In this document: one piece after another, positions 9,840 through 20,717 of the stretch
Layout: every line of letters starts with the position of its first letter
How positions within the stretch are numbered: the first letter of the stretch is position 1
DNA from: Patescibacteria group bacterium
Lineage (GTDB): Bacteria > Patescibacteriota > Saccharimonadia > Saccharimonadales > JANWIN01
Length of the DNA stretch: 64,000 bases
Assembly (NCBI GenBank): GCA_035480855.1
Contig: DATIHJ010000008.1
Span: 17,308 to 81,307 of the forward strand
Direction: 5' to 3'
The notes under the pieces: generated by a model
The model's input: the letters and a program-made list of their open reading frames with translations, nothing else
Told to the model about the DNA's origin: nothing
The model's database searches: none
Program-made: the position numbers and the translations under genes

Positions 9840-11711
9840 ATGGATAAACAACCGTTTCGCAAGCAGTCCTCTCCAGTGGGAAATAACAACCGCAAAAACT
9901 TCAAGAACTTTGGTTTTGTAGCCCTGCTAATTCTAATTGGTCTTATTATTTTTGCAGCTTTCAGCCAACCTAGCACCCTCAAGTCGGTGCCATTTTCTCA
10001 GGTTATCAGCCAGGCCAATTCGGGTGATGTTAAAGAAATTAGTATTCAGGGCAATACACTCAGCATTACTAAAAAGGGTGAGAGCCAAGCCTCCGAAAAA
10101 TCTTATAAAGACAGTAGTGCCAGTATTTACCAACAAGGTCTAACTAACAAAAACGTAATTGTTGATATTAAACCTGAATCTAGCGCTGGCTCTACATGGA
10201 CAAACCTTGGAATCTCTATTTTGCCAGTTATATTGATAGCCCTTGTCCTGTTCTTTATGCTCAGAAGTGCTCAGGGGCAAGGTAACCAAGCCATGAGCTT
10301 TGGTAAAAGCCGAGCCCGCTTGTATGGCAACGAGAAAGAAAAGGTAACTTTCCATGATATTGCTGGAACTCAAGAAGCCAAAATTGATCTGCAAGAAGTC
10401 GTAGAGTTTTTGAAATTTCCCAAAAAGTTTGAATCAGTCGGTGCCACTATTCCAAAAGGAGTTCTGCTGGTGGGTCCCCCAGGTACAGGTAAAACTATGC
10501 TGGCCCGTGCAGTTGCAGGTGAGGCCAATGTGCCATTCTTTAGTATTTCTGGTTCGGAGTTTGTAGAGATGTTTGTGGGTGTCGGAGCTAGCCGTGTCCG
10601 TGACTTGTTTGCCAAAGCCAAGAAGAACGCACCATGCATTATCTTTATTGACGAAATCGATGCAGTTGGCCGCCGACGTGGTAGCGGTATGGGTGGTGGA
10701 CATGATGAACGTGAACAAACTCTCAACCAAATTTTGGTAGAAATGGACGGCTTTGAGCAAGGTACCAATGTAATAGTGCTAGCGGCCACCAACCGTTCAG
10801 ATGTGCTTGACCCAGCGTTGCTGCGACCTGGTCGTTTTGACCGACGCGTTAACATCGACTTGCCTGACCGGAAGGACCGCGAAGCTATTCTAAAGGTCCA
10901 TTTTGCCAAGAAGCCCCTAGCCAAAGATGTAAACTTGGACTCGCTAGCTGCTAAATCGGCTGGCTCATCCGGCGCCGACCTATCAAATATTGCCAACGAG
11001 GCAGCTATCATCGCTGCTCGCCATAACCACAATCAGATTAGCCAAAGCGACGTTACCTCAGCCTTTGAAAAGGTGGCAATTGGCCCAGAACGCAAGAGCA
11101 AGGTTATGAACGAGCACGAAAAGGAATTAACTGCCTATCACGAGGCAGGACACGCTGTAGTTGGCCACGTACTACCTGACAGCGACTCGGTGCACAAAGT
11201 TACAATTATTCCTCGCGGCGGCACAGGCGGGGTAACTTGGTTTATTCCACCAGAAGATAAGAGCTACCACAGCATTATTGAGTTCAAAGATGTGCTAGCC
11301 AGGATGCTAGGCGGGCGGGTTGCAGAGGAAGTTATTTATGGTCCTGACCGTATTACGACCGGGGCAGGCAATGATCTACAAAAGGCCGCTGAACTAGCAC
11401 GCGACATGGTAGTTAACCAAGGTATGGGCAGTAAACTACGTGACCAAGTATTCCATGTTGATGAAGGCATGATGATGGATAAATTGGTTCAAGAACGCCA
11501 GTATTCAGATGATACCGCCAAAATTATTGACGACGAAGTGGAACACCTCATTACAGAAGCAGGCGTGCGAGCACGAAGCGTTATAAAATCAAATATTGCT
11601 AAACTAGAAGTGCTAAAAGACCGTTTGCTAGAGAAAGAAACCGTCGAAGCAGAAGAAGTAGAGAAAATCCTGTCTGGCACTACCATGCCTAAAGCCGCCG
11701 CCTTGTACTAG
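9840..11711 (+). CDS. ftsH: ATP-dependent zinc metalloprotease FtsH
   Basis: 2 [21 protein letters not shown]. Confidence 0.98.
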   Translation: MDKQPFRKQSSPVGNNNRKNFKNFGFVALLILIGLIIFAAFSQPSTLKSVPFSQVISQANSGDVKEISIQGNTLSITKKGESQASEKSYKDSSASIYQQGLTNKNVIVDIKPESSAGSTWTNLGISILPVILIALVLFFMLRSAQGQGNQAMSFGKSRARLYGNEKEKVTFHDIAGTQEAKIDLQEVVEFLKFPKKFESVGATIPKGVLLVGPPGTGKTMLARAVAGEANVPFFSISGSEFVEMFVGVGASRVRDLFAKAKKNAPCIIFIDEIDAVGRRRGSGMGGGHDEREQTLNQILVEMDGFEQGTNVIVLAATNRSDVLDPALLRPGRFDRRVNIDLPDRKDREAILKVHFAKKPLAKDVNLDSLAAKSAGSSGADLSNIANEAAIIAARHNHNQISQSDVTSAFEKVAIGPERKSKVMNEHEKELTAYHEAGHAVVGHVLPDSDSVHKVTIIPRGGTGGVTWFIPPEDKSYHSIIEFKDVLARMLGGRVAEEVIYGPDRITTGAGNDLQKAAELARDMVVNQGMGSKLRDQVFHVDEGMMMDKLVQERQYSDDTAKIIDDEVEHLITEAGVRARSVIKSNIAKLEVLKDRLLEKETVEAEEVEKILSGTTMPKAAALY

Positions 11712-11788
11712 GGACTAAAACACGGAAAATAGTAAAAATGAGGTTTTAGCCTAGTTCCTGTTTTCTAGTTCCTCTATACTAATACCGA

Positions 11789-13375
11789 ATGAACCGAATA
11801 GTAAATCGTGCCAATAAACGGGTAAGCATGAGTAATGCAGCCGTACTGCTAATTGTGACCGCTTTGCTGGCTCAATTGCTAGGCTTTTTCCGTAACCGCC
11901 TAGTTAGTACTAACTTTACCCAGGTTAACCCTGGTAGTACGGATGCTTTTTTTGCTGCCTTCCAGATTCCAGATTTCTTTTTTCTGACCATTGCGGCAGG
12001 GGCGCTCGGCGTGGCTTTTATGCCAGTTTTAGCTGACCGCCTGCACCTAAAAGACCGAAAAGGTATCTGGGAAATTACCAGTAGCCTGCTCAATTTGCTG
12101 AGCGTTATTATGTTTATCGTTGCGATTATTATCTTTGTGTTTGCCAAACCTCTGCTTCACAACATAGTGGCACCCAAGCTTGGTCCTGTACAGCTTAACC
12201 AAGCTACAACCATCATGCGCATCATAGCCCTAAATCCGCTGCTGTTTACCTTATCTGGAATTCTGACCAGTGTGCAGCAAACGTTTGGACGGTTCTTTTT
12301 TTATGCCATTGCGCCGCTAGCCTATAACCTTGCCATCATTGCCAGCATCTACATATTTAAGTACCACCTGGGAGTTATTGGTCTCGGAGTTGGTGCAGTT
12401 ATTGGTTCATCTATACAGCTGGCAATTGCCCTACTGGGCATGTGGGGGCTTGGCTTTCGTTACCGACCAAAGATTAACTTCCGCTCACGTGATTTCCAGC
12501 TCATTATGCGTACCATGCCACCCCGTGCTGTCGACCAAGGAGTAGATTCTATTAACAGCATTGTTGAAACCAACCGGGCCAGCACGCTTGGTAAAGGCGC
12601 TGTCAGCTACTATAACTTTGCTACTACGCTTATGAACGTGCCAGTTATGCTGTTTGGAACCGCTATTGCCACTGCAGCCTTTCCGCGGCTCAACGACCGT
12701 TTAGCTGCACATCGGCCAGATTTGTTTCACAGGGATTTCTTTAAAGTACTTCGAGTAATGATCTGGATTGCAATGCCTGTAGCTGTCATATCTTTCTTTT
12801 GCCGGGGATATTTGGCCCGTTTGCTCTACGGTAGTGTGGCGCCACAGGTAGCCTTGATATTTGGCTTTTTAGCAGTCGCCATCTTTGCGCGCATCATCTA
12901 CACCATTCTGTCGCGCTATTTCTATGCTCAGAAAGATACCAAAACACCGCTGTTTGTATCACTCTTTGTGATTGCCCTGAATGTCTTCCTAGCCTTCCGA
13001 CTAGTCAAACCGTCAACCTACGGTATTTCTGGGCTAGCTCTGGCCCAATCCATAGCCGCTGCTTCAGAGGTAGTTCTGCTATTTGCAATTATGTTTTGGC
13101 GCGACCCGTACATGTTTAACCGTGCCTTCTGGGGATCAATTGTCCGTATTGTGTCAGTAACTGGTTTTAGTGTGTTAGCAGCCTTTATAATGGTTTCGCT
13201 CTTGCCGCTGACTATAGGAGATCGTGGTTTTGTGACCCTTGGTTTTAAGTTTGGCTTAATTGCGGGCGTGACAGTACTTGTACATGTAGGGATGTCCGCG
13301 TTATTTGGACTTGATGAAGCCAAAGTAGTTTTGCGCAAAGCCTATAGGATTATTCTCGGTCCAATCCGAATTTAG
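11789..13375 (+). CDS. murJ: Lipid II flippase MurJ/MviN
   Basis: DAFFAAFQIPD, AFMPV, YAQKDTKTP; many TM segments. Confidence 0.9.
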   Translation: MNRIVNRANKRVSMSNAAVLLIVTALLAQLLGFFRNRLVSTNFTQVNPGSTDAFFAAFQIPDFFFLTIAAGALGVAFMPVLADRLHLKDRKGIWEITSSLLNLLSVIMFIVAIIIFVFAKPLLHNIVAPKLGPVQLNQATTIMRIIALNPLLFTLSGILTSVQQTFGRFFFYAIAPLAYNLAIIASIYIFKYHLGVIGLGVGAVIGSSIQLAIALLGMWGLGFRYRPKINFRSRDFQLIMRTMPPRAVDQGVDSINSIVETNRASTLGKGAVSYYNFATTLMNVPVMLFGTAIATAAFPRLNDRLAAHRPDLFHRDFFKVLRVMIWIAMPVAVISFFCRGYLARLLYGSVAPQVALIFGFLAVAIFARIIYTILSRYFYAQKDTKTPLFVSLFVIALNVFLAFRLVKPSTYGISGLALAQSIAAASEVVLLFAIMFWRDPYMFNRAFWGSIVRIVSVTGFSVLAAFIMVSLLPLTIGDRGFVTLGFKFGLIAGVTVLVHVGMSALFGLDEAKVVLRKAYRIILGPIRI

Positions 13376-13423
13376 CACTCAAAGCTAGTAAAAACAGGGG
13401 TGGACTGGTACAATCACTCAGAT

Positions 13424-15244
13424 ATGGACCAAGCCCACATTAGAAACTTTTGCATAATTGCTCATATTGATCATGGCAAGTCAACGCTTGCTGATCGTTT
13501 GCTTGAATTAACTGGCACAGTCGAAAAGCGCCAAATGCGGGCTCAAATTCTAGACAAGATGGATCTAGAGCGCGAAAAGGGCATAACCATCAAGCTGGCG
13601 CCCGTCCGAATGAGCTATAAGCTAGCAGCTGCTAATTATCAGTTGAACCTGATCGATACACCTGGTCACGTAGACTTTAGCTACGAAGTATCGCGCAGCC
13701 TAGCTGCTTGCGAAGGCGCTCTGCTCGTAGTAGATGCTACCCAGGGCATTCAGGCCCAAACCCTAGCAAATGTATATCTGGCTTTAGCTGCTAACTTAAC
13801 AATTATCCCTGTGCTTAATAAAATCGATCTACCGGCCGCTAATATTGAGCGCTCAAGTGCAGAAATAGTAGCGCTACTAGGCTGCATGCCAGAAGAAATT
13901 CTTCATATCTCAGCCAAGACAGGTCAGGGAGTAGAGCGGGTGCTAAGCAGTGTGGTAGAAAAGATTCCACCGCCTTCTGGTCATCCTAAAAGCCCCACTA
14001 AAGCCTTAGTGTTTGATAGTTATTACGACGATTACCGGGGAGTTATCCTCTATATAAGGGTAGTGGATGGTACAATTTCCAAAAATGCGTCCATTCACAT
14101 GATGGCGGCAAATAGCAATGGCATTGCACTTGAGGTTGGTTATCTAAACCCAGATATGTTACATGGTTCAAGCTTGCAAACGGGAGAAATTGGCTATATT
14201 GTGACTAACTTTAAGAGCACCCGTGAGGCCAGAGTGGGCGACACAGTTACGCTAACCAGTGATCCGGCAATGCAGGCTCTGGAGGGATACAAAGACATCA
14301 AGCCGTTTGTATATGCCGGTTTCTTCCCAGATAGCAATGAAAACTACCAGCTACTCAAAGACGCCATAGAAAAGCTGAGCTTAAGTGATTCGGCCCTGCA
14401 GTTTACACCAGAAAACTCTCCAGTTCTCGGATTTGGAGTGCGTGTAGGCTTTTTGGGACTCTTGCATATGGATATTGTGCGAGAGCGCCTGGAACGTGAG
14501 TATAACCTGGAACTAGTTATTACTAACCCTTCAACCGATTACCAGGTTACACTTTTAAACGGCAGCGAGATAGATATAAAAAGTGCGGCAGATTTGCCTG
14601 ATCCAGCTAGTATCCAGGAGATTCGAGAACCCTGGATCAGCGGTGAAGTAGTTATGCCCAAGGCGTATGTTGGGCCGGTACTCCAACTGATTGCCGGCAA
14701 GCGTGGGTTACAAAAAAACCTTAGCTATATTGCAACTGCAGATTCTGCCCAAACTGACACTGCCGCTCTAGCAGTCATCACTTTTGAGGCGCCTCTAGCT
14801 AACTTGCTGACAGATTTTTATGATCAGCTCAAGAGTATTACCAGTGGCTACGGCTCTTTTAACTATGAACTTGACGATTACCGACCAGAGGATCTGGTAC
14901 GCTTAGACTTTTACGTAGCAGGTGAGCGCGTAGATGCGCTTGGCATAATGATTCACCGTTCTGAGGCAGAAAAACTTGGACGCGAAACGGTGGGCAAACT
15001 CAAAGAAGTAATACCGCGCCAGCAGTTCAAAGTCAGTTTGCAGGCTGCTATTGGCGGCAAGTTTATTGCCCGAGAAGATATTAGCAGCTATCGCAAAGAC
15101 GTGACGACAGGATTATATGGTGGCGATGTATCGCGTAAAAAGAAAGTGCTAGCAAAACAAGCCAAAGGCAAAAAGCGCATGAAGAAATTCGGAAATGTAG
15201 AAATCCCGGCAGAAGCCTTCACTGTTATGTTAAAACGCGATTAA
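13424..15244 (+). CDS. lepA: Elongation factor 4
   Basis: IRNFCIIAHIDHGKSTLADR, GFLGLLH, LYGGDVSRKKK. Confidence 0.97.
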   Translation: MDQAHIRNFCIIAHIDHGKSTLADRLLELTGTVEKRQMRAQILDKMDLEREKGITIKLAPVRMSYKLAAANYQLNLIDTPGHVDFSYEVSRSLAACEGALLVVDATQGIQAQTLANVYLALAANLTIIPVLNKIDLPAANIERSSAEIVALLGCMPEEILHISAKTGQGVERVLSSVVEKIPPPSGHPKSPTKALVFDSYYDDYRGVILYIRVVDGTISKNASIHMMAANSNGIALEVGYLNPDMLHGSSLQTGEIGYIVTNFKSTREARVGDTVTLTSDPAMQALEGYKDIKPFVYAGFFPDSNENYQLLKDAIEKLSLSDSALQFTPENSPVLGFGVRVGFLGLLHMDIVRERLEREYNLELVITNPSTDYQVTLLNGSEIDIKSAADLPDPASIQEIREPWISGEVVMPKAYVGPVLQLIAGKRGLQKNLSYIATADSAQTDTAALAVITFEAPLANLLTDFYDQLKSITSGYGSFNYELDDYRPEDLVRLDFYVAGERVDALGIMIHRSEAEKLGRETVGKLKEVIPRQQFKVSLQAAIGGKFIAREDISSYRKDVTTGLYGGDVSRKKKVLAKQAKGKKRMKKFGNVEIPAEAFTVMLKRD

Positions 15245-15251
15245 ATTTGGC

Positions 15252-15656
15252 CTAGCGCCAAACAGCTAGGATGGCACCATTGATTAGGAGTACCACCAGG
15301 AAGTAACCTGTGTTGATAGCCCAAAGTTTTTTGCGAGTGCCGGCAAAGACAGTATTAACTCCTTGAGTGACGGCCACAAAGGCTACCCATAGCCAAAAAC
15401 CAACAACGGCGCCATTGATAGCTGTAGTTGCGCCTGCATAGGCTACAACATGCAAAAGTACCAAAACTTGGACAAAAGCTCCCAGAGTAGTGATAACGTA
15501 TCCCTTAGCTCCATCACCCATCTCTTCCATCTTGCGGCCAACTAACTTTGACCACTCTTTAGCAAACATTACCGGCGAGTACCAGACAGCACCCACACCC
15601 ATATTTACGGCGACAGCTACAATCACTGCCCACCAGTTGATATCTACGCTTGGCAT
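15252..15656 (-). CDS. DUF1761-like membrane protein
   Basis: INWWAV..GAVWYSP.MFAKEW; 4 TM. Confidence 0.7.
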   Translation of the reverse strand: MPSVDINWWAVIVAVAVNMGVGAVWYSPVMFAKEWSKLVGRKMEEMGDGAKGYVITTLGAFVQVLVLLHVVAYAGATTAINGAVVGFWLWVAFVAVTQGVNTVFAGTRKKLWAINTGYFLVVLLINGAILAVWR

Positions 15657-15755
15657 AGTGCGCCTCCTTAATTATGCTTTTATCTAACGCCTAACTTCAG
15701 TAAAAATCAAGCTATTTGCCAATGTAATAATGCTTAATTTAACGAACAAGAAATA

Positions 15756-16361
15756 CTAAGAATTACTTAACGCTGCTAATTTATGCAAGATATCGACAGC
15801 TACATTTTCGGGAGAGGGCATACCATCTACTTCTATGAGCAAACCGTGCTGTCTGTAGTAATCAATGACGGGAAGAGTTTTTTGACGGAATTCATTAAAC
15901 CGGTTAAGTAAAATATCTTCGGCAACGTCATCTTCACGCCCGCGCTTTGCTAGTCGCCACCTTCTCTTCGCTTCATCCTCTGTAATTGATAAATATATCA
16001 CCGCCTTTATGGGGTGACCGGATTCTACTGCAGCTTTGACTACGCTTTGTTCCTCACCATGCCATCTACCAACACTGCTCAAAATAAGAGGTTTTCCTTT
16101 GTATTCTGGCTGGGCTAAAAAAGGTAGTACAATTGCCAAAAATTCATCTGTGGGCGCTAAATGTCCCTTTCCGATATGTTCTTGTATATGTTTTGGGCCT
16201 TTTGAACTTCTAAGGATGTCTCCACCACTGAGCAGGACAGCATTAAATAATTTCTGGAGTTTTTCCCCATGAGTGTCTTTGCCAGAAAACGGCAGACCAA
16301 ATATATTAATAGATCCCGACTTAAGCCACTGGGAAATTTTGTTTATCTCTGCTCTGTTCAT
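15756..16361 (-). CDS. Adenylate kinase-like NMP kinase
   Basis: GLPFSGKDT P-loop, SGGDILR, GREDD, TLPVIDYY. Confidence 0.85.
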   Translation of the reverse strand: MNRAEINKISQWLKSGSINIFGLPFSGKDTHGEKLQKLFNAVLLSGGDILRSSKGPKHIQEHIGKGHLAPTDEFLAIVLPFLAQPEYKGKPLILSSVGRWHGEEQSVVKAAVESGHPIKAVIYLSITEDEAKRRWRLAKRGREDDVAEDILLNRFNEFRQKTLPVIDYYRQHGLLIEVDGMPSPENVAVDILHKLAALSNS

Positions 16362-16403
16362 TAACCAATTATAAGGTAACTACACCACCTTAGGCAAGAC
16401 GTG

Positions 16404-16430
16404 TTGGCACTCTTGACTAGCGAGTGCTAA
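16404..16430 (+). promoter_or_regulatory. CIRCE element 1 (HrcA operator) overlapping the -35 box
   Basis: TTGGCACTC-N9-GAGTGCTAA; TTGACT (16413) -17bp- TAAACT (16436). Confidence 0.9.
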
Positions 16431-16439
16431 TCCTATAAA

Positions 16440-16466
16440 CTAGCACTATACGAAAATGAGTGCCAT
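16440..16466 (+). promoter_or_regulatory. CIRCE element 2 (degenerate)
   Basis: CTAGCACTA-N9-GAGTGCCAT. Confidence 0.65.
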
Positions 16467-16485
16467 AAGGTACCAAGGATTATTG

Positions 16486-17199
16486 ATGTTAACCGACCGC
16501 CAGCAAAAAATACTCCAAGCTATAGTTGAACAATATGCCGAGGTTGCCAGCCCTGTGGGTTCCAGCCTGCTTGCTAGAGCTTTTGAGGTGTCTTCTGCCA
16601 CTATTCGGGCAGATATGGCCGAGCTAGAACGGGCAGGTTTTATACAGCAACCACATACCAGTGCTGGCCGCGTGCCAACAGACAAAGGCTACCGCTTTTA
16701 TGTAAACAATTTGGCTGAGGATAAAGAACAAAAAACTCCAGCTGGTCACCGGGCAGAACGTGCCCTGGCTACCCGTATTAACGCTGGAGGAGCTCCAGAG
16801 CGTACTATCCGAAACACCGTAGATACTCTTGTAGAACTTACTCACAATCTAGGACTAGCTACCATTGGCAACCAACTATACATGAGCGGACTATCTAACC
16901 TGTTTGGCCAACCAGAATTTATCAATGGCTTGCAGGTTCAAGAAGTTGCGCGCCTACTCGACAACTTAGAACCATGGTTGCAAGAGGCTGCACCCAACGA
17001 AGCGCTGAGTGTATATATTGGTGGTGAGAATCCCATTGGCCGAGGTGCCGGCTGCTCCCTGATAATCAGCAAATTCCGCAGCCCCTACAGTGATACTAGC
17101 TATATAGGTACGCTTGGCCCCACCCGTCAGAGTTACCGCGACGTAATGAGCCTAGTTCAACGAGCCGGCAAAACACTCGAAGAGGTGCTATATGAATAG
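16486..17199 (+). CDS. hrcA: Heat-inducible repressor HrcA (short form)
   Basis: MLTDRQQKIL, SSATIRADM, QPHTSAGRVPTDKGYRFYV, LGPTR. Confidence 0.95.
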   Translation: MLTDRQQKILQAIVEQYAEVASPVGSSLLARAFEVSSATIRADMAELERAGFIQQPHTSAGRVPTDKGYRFYVNNLAEDKEQKTPAGHRAERALATRINAGGAPERTIRNTVDTLVELTHNLGLATIGNQLYMSGLSNLFGQPEFINGLQVQEVARLLDNLEPWLQEAAPNEALSVYIGGENPIGRGAGCSLIISKFRSPYSDTSYIGTLGPTRQSYRDVMSLVQRAGKTLEEVLYE

Positions 17200-17449
17200 T
17201 GGCGAATTTTCACCAAAGCCACCAGAAATCCTAGCTGGTGCGATAGTAATGGCTGAGGGAATAATAAGGCTATCATGGGCTTTAGATGGTCCTGGCGCTA
17301 CCATACCCCCGGAGGCAGTCCAGCGCTTTGTAGACGAATACAATTTATCTCCATCCGAAACCGTAGCTGTAACCACTGTTGCAACTAACAAAATTGGACG
17401 CACGATAGATGATGGACTAGAGGAGAGTTTTTATGGCCCAATCGAATAA
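17192..17449 (+). CDS. Hypothetical protein
   Basis: 85-aa ORF overlapping hrcA stop and grpE start, GAGG SD. Confidence 0.55.
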   Translation: MNSGEFSPKPPEILAGAIVMAEGIIRLSWALDGPGATIPPEAVQRFVDEYNLSPSETVAVTTVATNKIGRTIDDGLEESFYGPIE

Positions 17450-17921
17450 GCCAAAAACAACTAACAATATAAAACAGCTTCATCAGCAGATTGTTGAGCT
17501 AACAGAAGCATTGCAACGCGAACGGGCTGATGCAGAGAACATTCGTAGGCGACATGATGAACAAATTGGTGGGCTAAAAAACATGGTTACAGCCAATGTA
17601 GTTCAGCAGCTTTTGCCAGTTATAGACAACTTTGAGCGTGCACTCAAACATGTGCCGGAGGATCTAAAAAACAATGACTATGTCAAAGGTGTAGGAGGAG
17701 TAGTCAAGCAGTTTGAAAAGACCCTGGCAGATATGGGCGTGGAACGTATACAAACAGTGGGGAAAGCATTCGATCCACGCCTGCACGAAGCCATTAGTAT
17801 GGACGGTGAACATGGTAGCCATGAAGTAGTGAGCGAAGAGCTACAATCAGGTTATGTTCTGGGAGACAACGTCCTACGCCATTCCATGGTAAAAGTTCGT
17901 ATGGAGGACAAAAAGTCATGA
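17433..17921 (+). CDS. grpE: Nucleotide exchange factor GrpE
   Basis: ADAENIRRR, LLPVIDNFERA, FDPRLHEA, VLRHSMVKV. Confidence 0.95.
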   Translation: MAQSNKPKTTNNIKQLHQQIVELTEALQRERADAENIRRRHDEQIGGLKNMVTANVVQQLLPVIDNFERALKHVPEDLKNNDYVKGVGGVVKQFEKTLADMGVERIQTVGKAFDPRLHEAISMDGEHGSHEVVSEELQSGYVLGDNVLRHSMVKVRMEDKKS

Positions 17922-18235
17922 GTGTAAATGAATCTTTTTTGCACGTAAGAGTAGTTGAAGCAGGTAAAACCTATATTGGTGGCACTTTTTGCAGAGGAGA
18001 AGAAGATATGCGTGAAATATTTGAAGAAAGTCCTGCAGATATAGGTATGGATATAGAAGATGCTAGAGAAGCAGTTCAGTCGGGAATGCCATCAGAAACA
18101 GCTATGCAAACATACAATCTCAATCGTACAATTTCTGGTCGCAGAGAGATTGGAAAGACTGTTGAATCATGTCTGAGCCGGATAACGTCTGGCCAATGCG
18201 CTGTTTACCCAATTAATCATGGAGCGAAAACATGA
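17918..18235 (+). CDS. Hypothetical protein
   Basis: 105-aa ORF, ATGA-coupled to grpE. Confidence 0.6.
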   Translation: MSVNESFLHVRVVEAGKTYIGGTFCRGEEDMREIFEESPADIGMDIEDAREAVQSGMPSETAMQTYNLNRTISGRREIGKTVESCLSRITSGQCAVYPINHGAKT

Positions 18236-18489
18236 TGATGGATTCAGGATCAGATGCCTTATGGGGAGATTTTGACGAAGGAAAAGTTGCCGCATCGTCA
18301 CCTACTATTCCTATCACTTCTGAATCACTTATTGATTCTATAGAATCGATTTGTAGAACAAATGGAGTAGTAGATATTGCAAGCCATTTAGAAGCCATAG
18401 TTGATGGTTTTTCTGGTGGCTATCCGAGCAATTTCATAGAAAGCTGTAAGCGAAAAATAATTGAATTAAGAGGAGGAACATATGAGTAA
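18232..18489 (+). CDS. Hypothetical protein
   Basis: 85-aa ORF, ATGA-coupled, overlaps dnaK start. Confidence 0.55.
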   Translation: MMMDSGSDALWGDFDEGKVAASSPTIPITSESLIDSIESICRTNGVVDIASHLEAIVDGFSGGYPSNFIESCKRKIIELRGGTYE

Positions 18490-20398
18490 AATAATTGGAA
18501 TCGATTTAGGGACTACTAACAGTGCTATGGCAGTCATGCAGTCTGGTAAGCCAGAGATTATTGCCAACAGCGAAGGTGCACGCACCACGCCTAGCGTTGT
18601 AGCCGTAAATAAGAATGGTGAAAGGCTAGTGGGTCAGGTTGCCCGCCGCCAGCAGGTCACTAACCCAAAGAACACAATTTATGAGGTTAAGCGCCTAATT
18701 GGCCGCCGTTGGGAAGACAAAGAAGTCCAGCGCGATCTTAAGCTAATGGGCTACGAAATTGTCAAAAGTGGCACAGCCGTTAAAGTTAAAATGGGCGACA
18801 AAGAGTACAGCCCAGAAGAAGTAAGTGCCATGATACTAGGCAAACTCAAGAGCGATGCCGAGGCGTTTTTAGGTGATTCAGTAACAGAGGCCGTCATAAC
18901 CGTTCCGGCTTACTTTGACGACAGCCAACGTCAGGCCACCAAAGACGCAGGTAAAATTGCTGGTCTTGAGGTTAAGCGCATCATAAATGAGCCTACTGCT
19001 GCAGCCCTAGCCTATGGTCTAGACAAAGGCAGCAAAAAGGACGAAAAGATTGCTGTTTACGACCTAGGTGGCGGCACCTTTGACGTCTCCATATTGGAGC
19101 TAGGCGACGGCGTATTTGAAGTCAAAAGCACCAATGGTGATACCCACTTAGGAGGTGCTGACTTTGACCGTGTAATCGTTAACTATCTGGCGGATGAGTT
19201 CAAAAAAGAGCAAGGCATAAGTGTTAATGATGACAAAGCTGCTATGCAGAGACTGCGTGATGAGGCAGAAAAGGCGAAGATCGAACTATCTACTACAAAT
19301 GAAGTAGAGATCAACTTACCGTTCCTAACGGCAGACGCTGAGGGTCCTAAGCACTTTGAGCACAAATTGACCCGCGCCAAGCTAGAAAGCCTAGTAGGTG
19401 ATCTTATAGAAAATACTGCTGGACCCTGCGATAAAGCCCTTAAAGACGCCAAACTAAAAGCTAGTGACATCGATGCCGTTGTGCTAGTGGGTGGTATGAC
19501 TCGTATGCCAGCCGTAGTAGAAAAAGTTAAGAAAATCTTTGGCAAAGACCCCATGAAGGGCGTTAACCCAGATGAGGTTGTAGCCATTGGTGCTGCTATT
19601 CAGGGCGGCGTTCTACAAGGTGACGTTAAAGATGTGCTGCTTCTAGACGTGACACCATTGTCACTGGGCATAGAGACGCTAGGCGGTGTCGCAACCAAGC
19701 TTATTGAGCGCAATACTACAATTCCAACCAGCAAGAGCGAGACATTTAGTACAGCTGCAGACAACCAGCCACAAGTAGAAATTCATGTGGTCCAGGGTGA
19801 GCGCGAAATGGTTAGTGACAACAAGTCACTTGGTCGCTTTGTTCTTGATGGCATTCCATCCGCACCACGGGGCGTGCCACAGATCGAGGTCACTTTTAAT
19901 CTAGATGCCAACGGTATTTTAAATGTAAGTGCCAAAGATAAAGGTAGCGGAAAAGAACAGAGCATTACTATCCAGGGCAGTAGTGGCCTATCCAAAGAAG
20001 AGGTAGAGAAAATGGCCAAAGAGGCTGAGGCCCACGCAGAGGAAGACAAACAAAAGCGTGAAACTATAGATGCTCGCAACGTTCTTGATAGTGCTATTTA
20101 CCAGGCTGAAAAGCTGAAATCCGACAATAAGGACAAGATTGCAGAAGATGATATCAAGACGCTAGACGAAGCCGTAGAAGCCGCCAAAAAGGCAGTAGCA
20201 GACGAGAAGGCTGACAAAGATAGCTTAGAGAAAGCCGCTAAGGAGCTAAGCGACAAGCTAATGCCAATTGGTGCCAAGATGTACGAGGATGCTGCAAAAG
20301 ATGAAAAGGCAACAGAAGGCAATGAAGCCAAAGATGACGAGAAGAAAGATGGCGAAGAACCAGTAGAAGGCGAAGTCGTCGACGAGAAAAAGGAATAA
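18482..20398 (+). CDS. dnaK: Chaperone DnaK
   Basis: [17 protein letters not shown] and full Hsp70 signatures. Confidence 0.99.
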   Translation: MSKIIGIDLGTTNSAMAVMQSGKPEIIANSEGARTTPSVVAVNKNGERLVGQVARRQQVTNPKNTIYEVKRLIGRRWEDKEVQRDLKLMGYEIVKSGTAVKVKMGDKEYSPEEVSAMILGKLKSDAEAFLGDSVTEAVITVPAYFDDSQRQATKDAGKIAGLEVKRIINEPTAAALAYGLDKGSKKDEKIAVYDLGGGTFDVSILELGDGVFEVKSTNGDTHLGGADFDRVIVNYLADEFKKEQGISVNDDKAAMQRLRDEAEKAKIELSTTNEVEINLPFLTADAEGPKHFEHKLTRAKLESLVGDLIENTAGPCDKALKDAKLKASDIDAVVLVGGMTRMPAVVEKVKKIFGKDPMKGVNPDEVVAIGAAIQGGVLQGDVKDVLLLDVTPLSLGIETLGGVATKLIERNTTIPTSKSETFSTAADNQPQVEIHVVQGEREMVSDNKSLGRFVLDGIPSAPRGVPQIEVTFNLDANGILNVSAKDKGSGKEQSITIQGSSGLSKEEVEKMAKEAEAHAEEDKQKRETIDARNVLDSAIYQAEKLKSDNKDKIAEDDIKTLDEAVEAAKKAVADEKADKDSLEKAAKELSDKLMPIGAKMYEDAAKDEKATEGNEAKDDEKKDGEEPVEGEVVDEKKE

Positions 20399-20399
20399 C

Positions 20400-20717
20400 G
20401 TGAGTGAGTTCTGTGAGCTGGTTTTAACTTGTGGAAATCAAATAGAAGCTAACAAAATTAGCAAAGCACTTTTAGGTAAACGTTTAGTAGCCTGTGTAAG
20501 GCAATTTCCCGTTAGTTCTGCCTATTGGTGGAAAGGAAAGATAGAAAAAGATAGTGAAATACTACTTTTAATGGAGGGCAAAGAACATTTATTCGATAAA
20601 ATCGAAGCTATTGTCCTAAAACTCCATAGCTACGAAACGCCAGGTCTATACATGAAAAAAATGCTACGCGTTAGTGATAAAGCCGCTAAATGGCTGGAAG
20701 CAGAAACCAATGGCTAA
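20400..20717 (+). CDS. cutA: Divalent-cation tolerance protein CutA
   Basis: RLVACV, SAYWWKGKIE, LHSYETP. Confidence 0.9.
   Translation: MSEFCELVLTCGNQIEANKISKALLGKRLVACVRQFPVSSAYWWKGKIEKDSEILLLMEGKEHLFDKIEAIVLKLHSYETPGLYMKKMLRVSDKAAKWLEAETNG

Noticed and set aside
10370-11032. Long antisense ORFs (also 51560-52276, 19183-19587 and many shorter)
   Set aside because: Shadows of conserved genes (ftsH, rny, dnaK) with no motifs of their own.
13372-13380. TTAGCACTC before lepA as CIRCE
   Set aside because: Only a half-site; no right arm 9 bp downstream.
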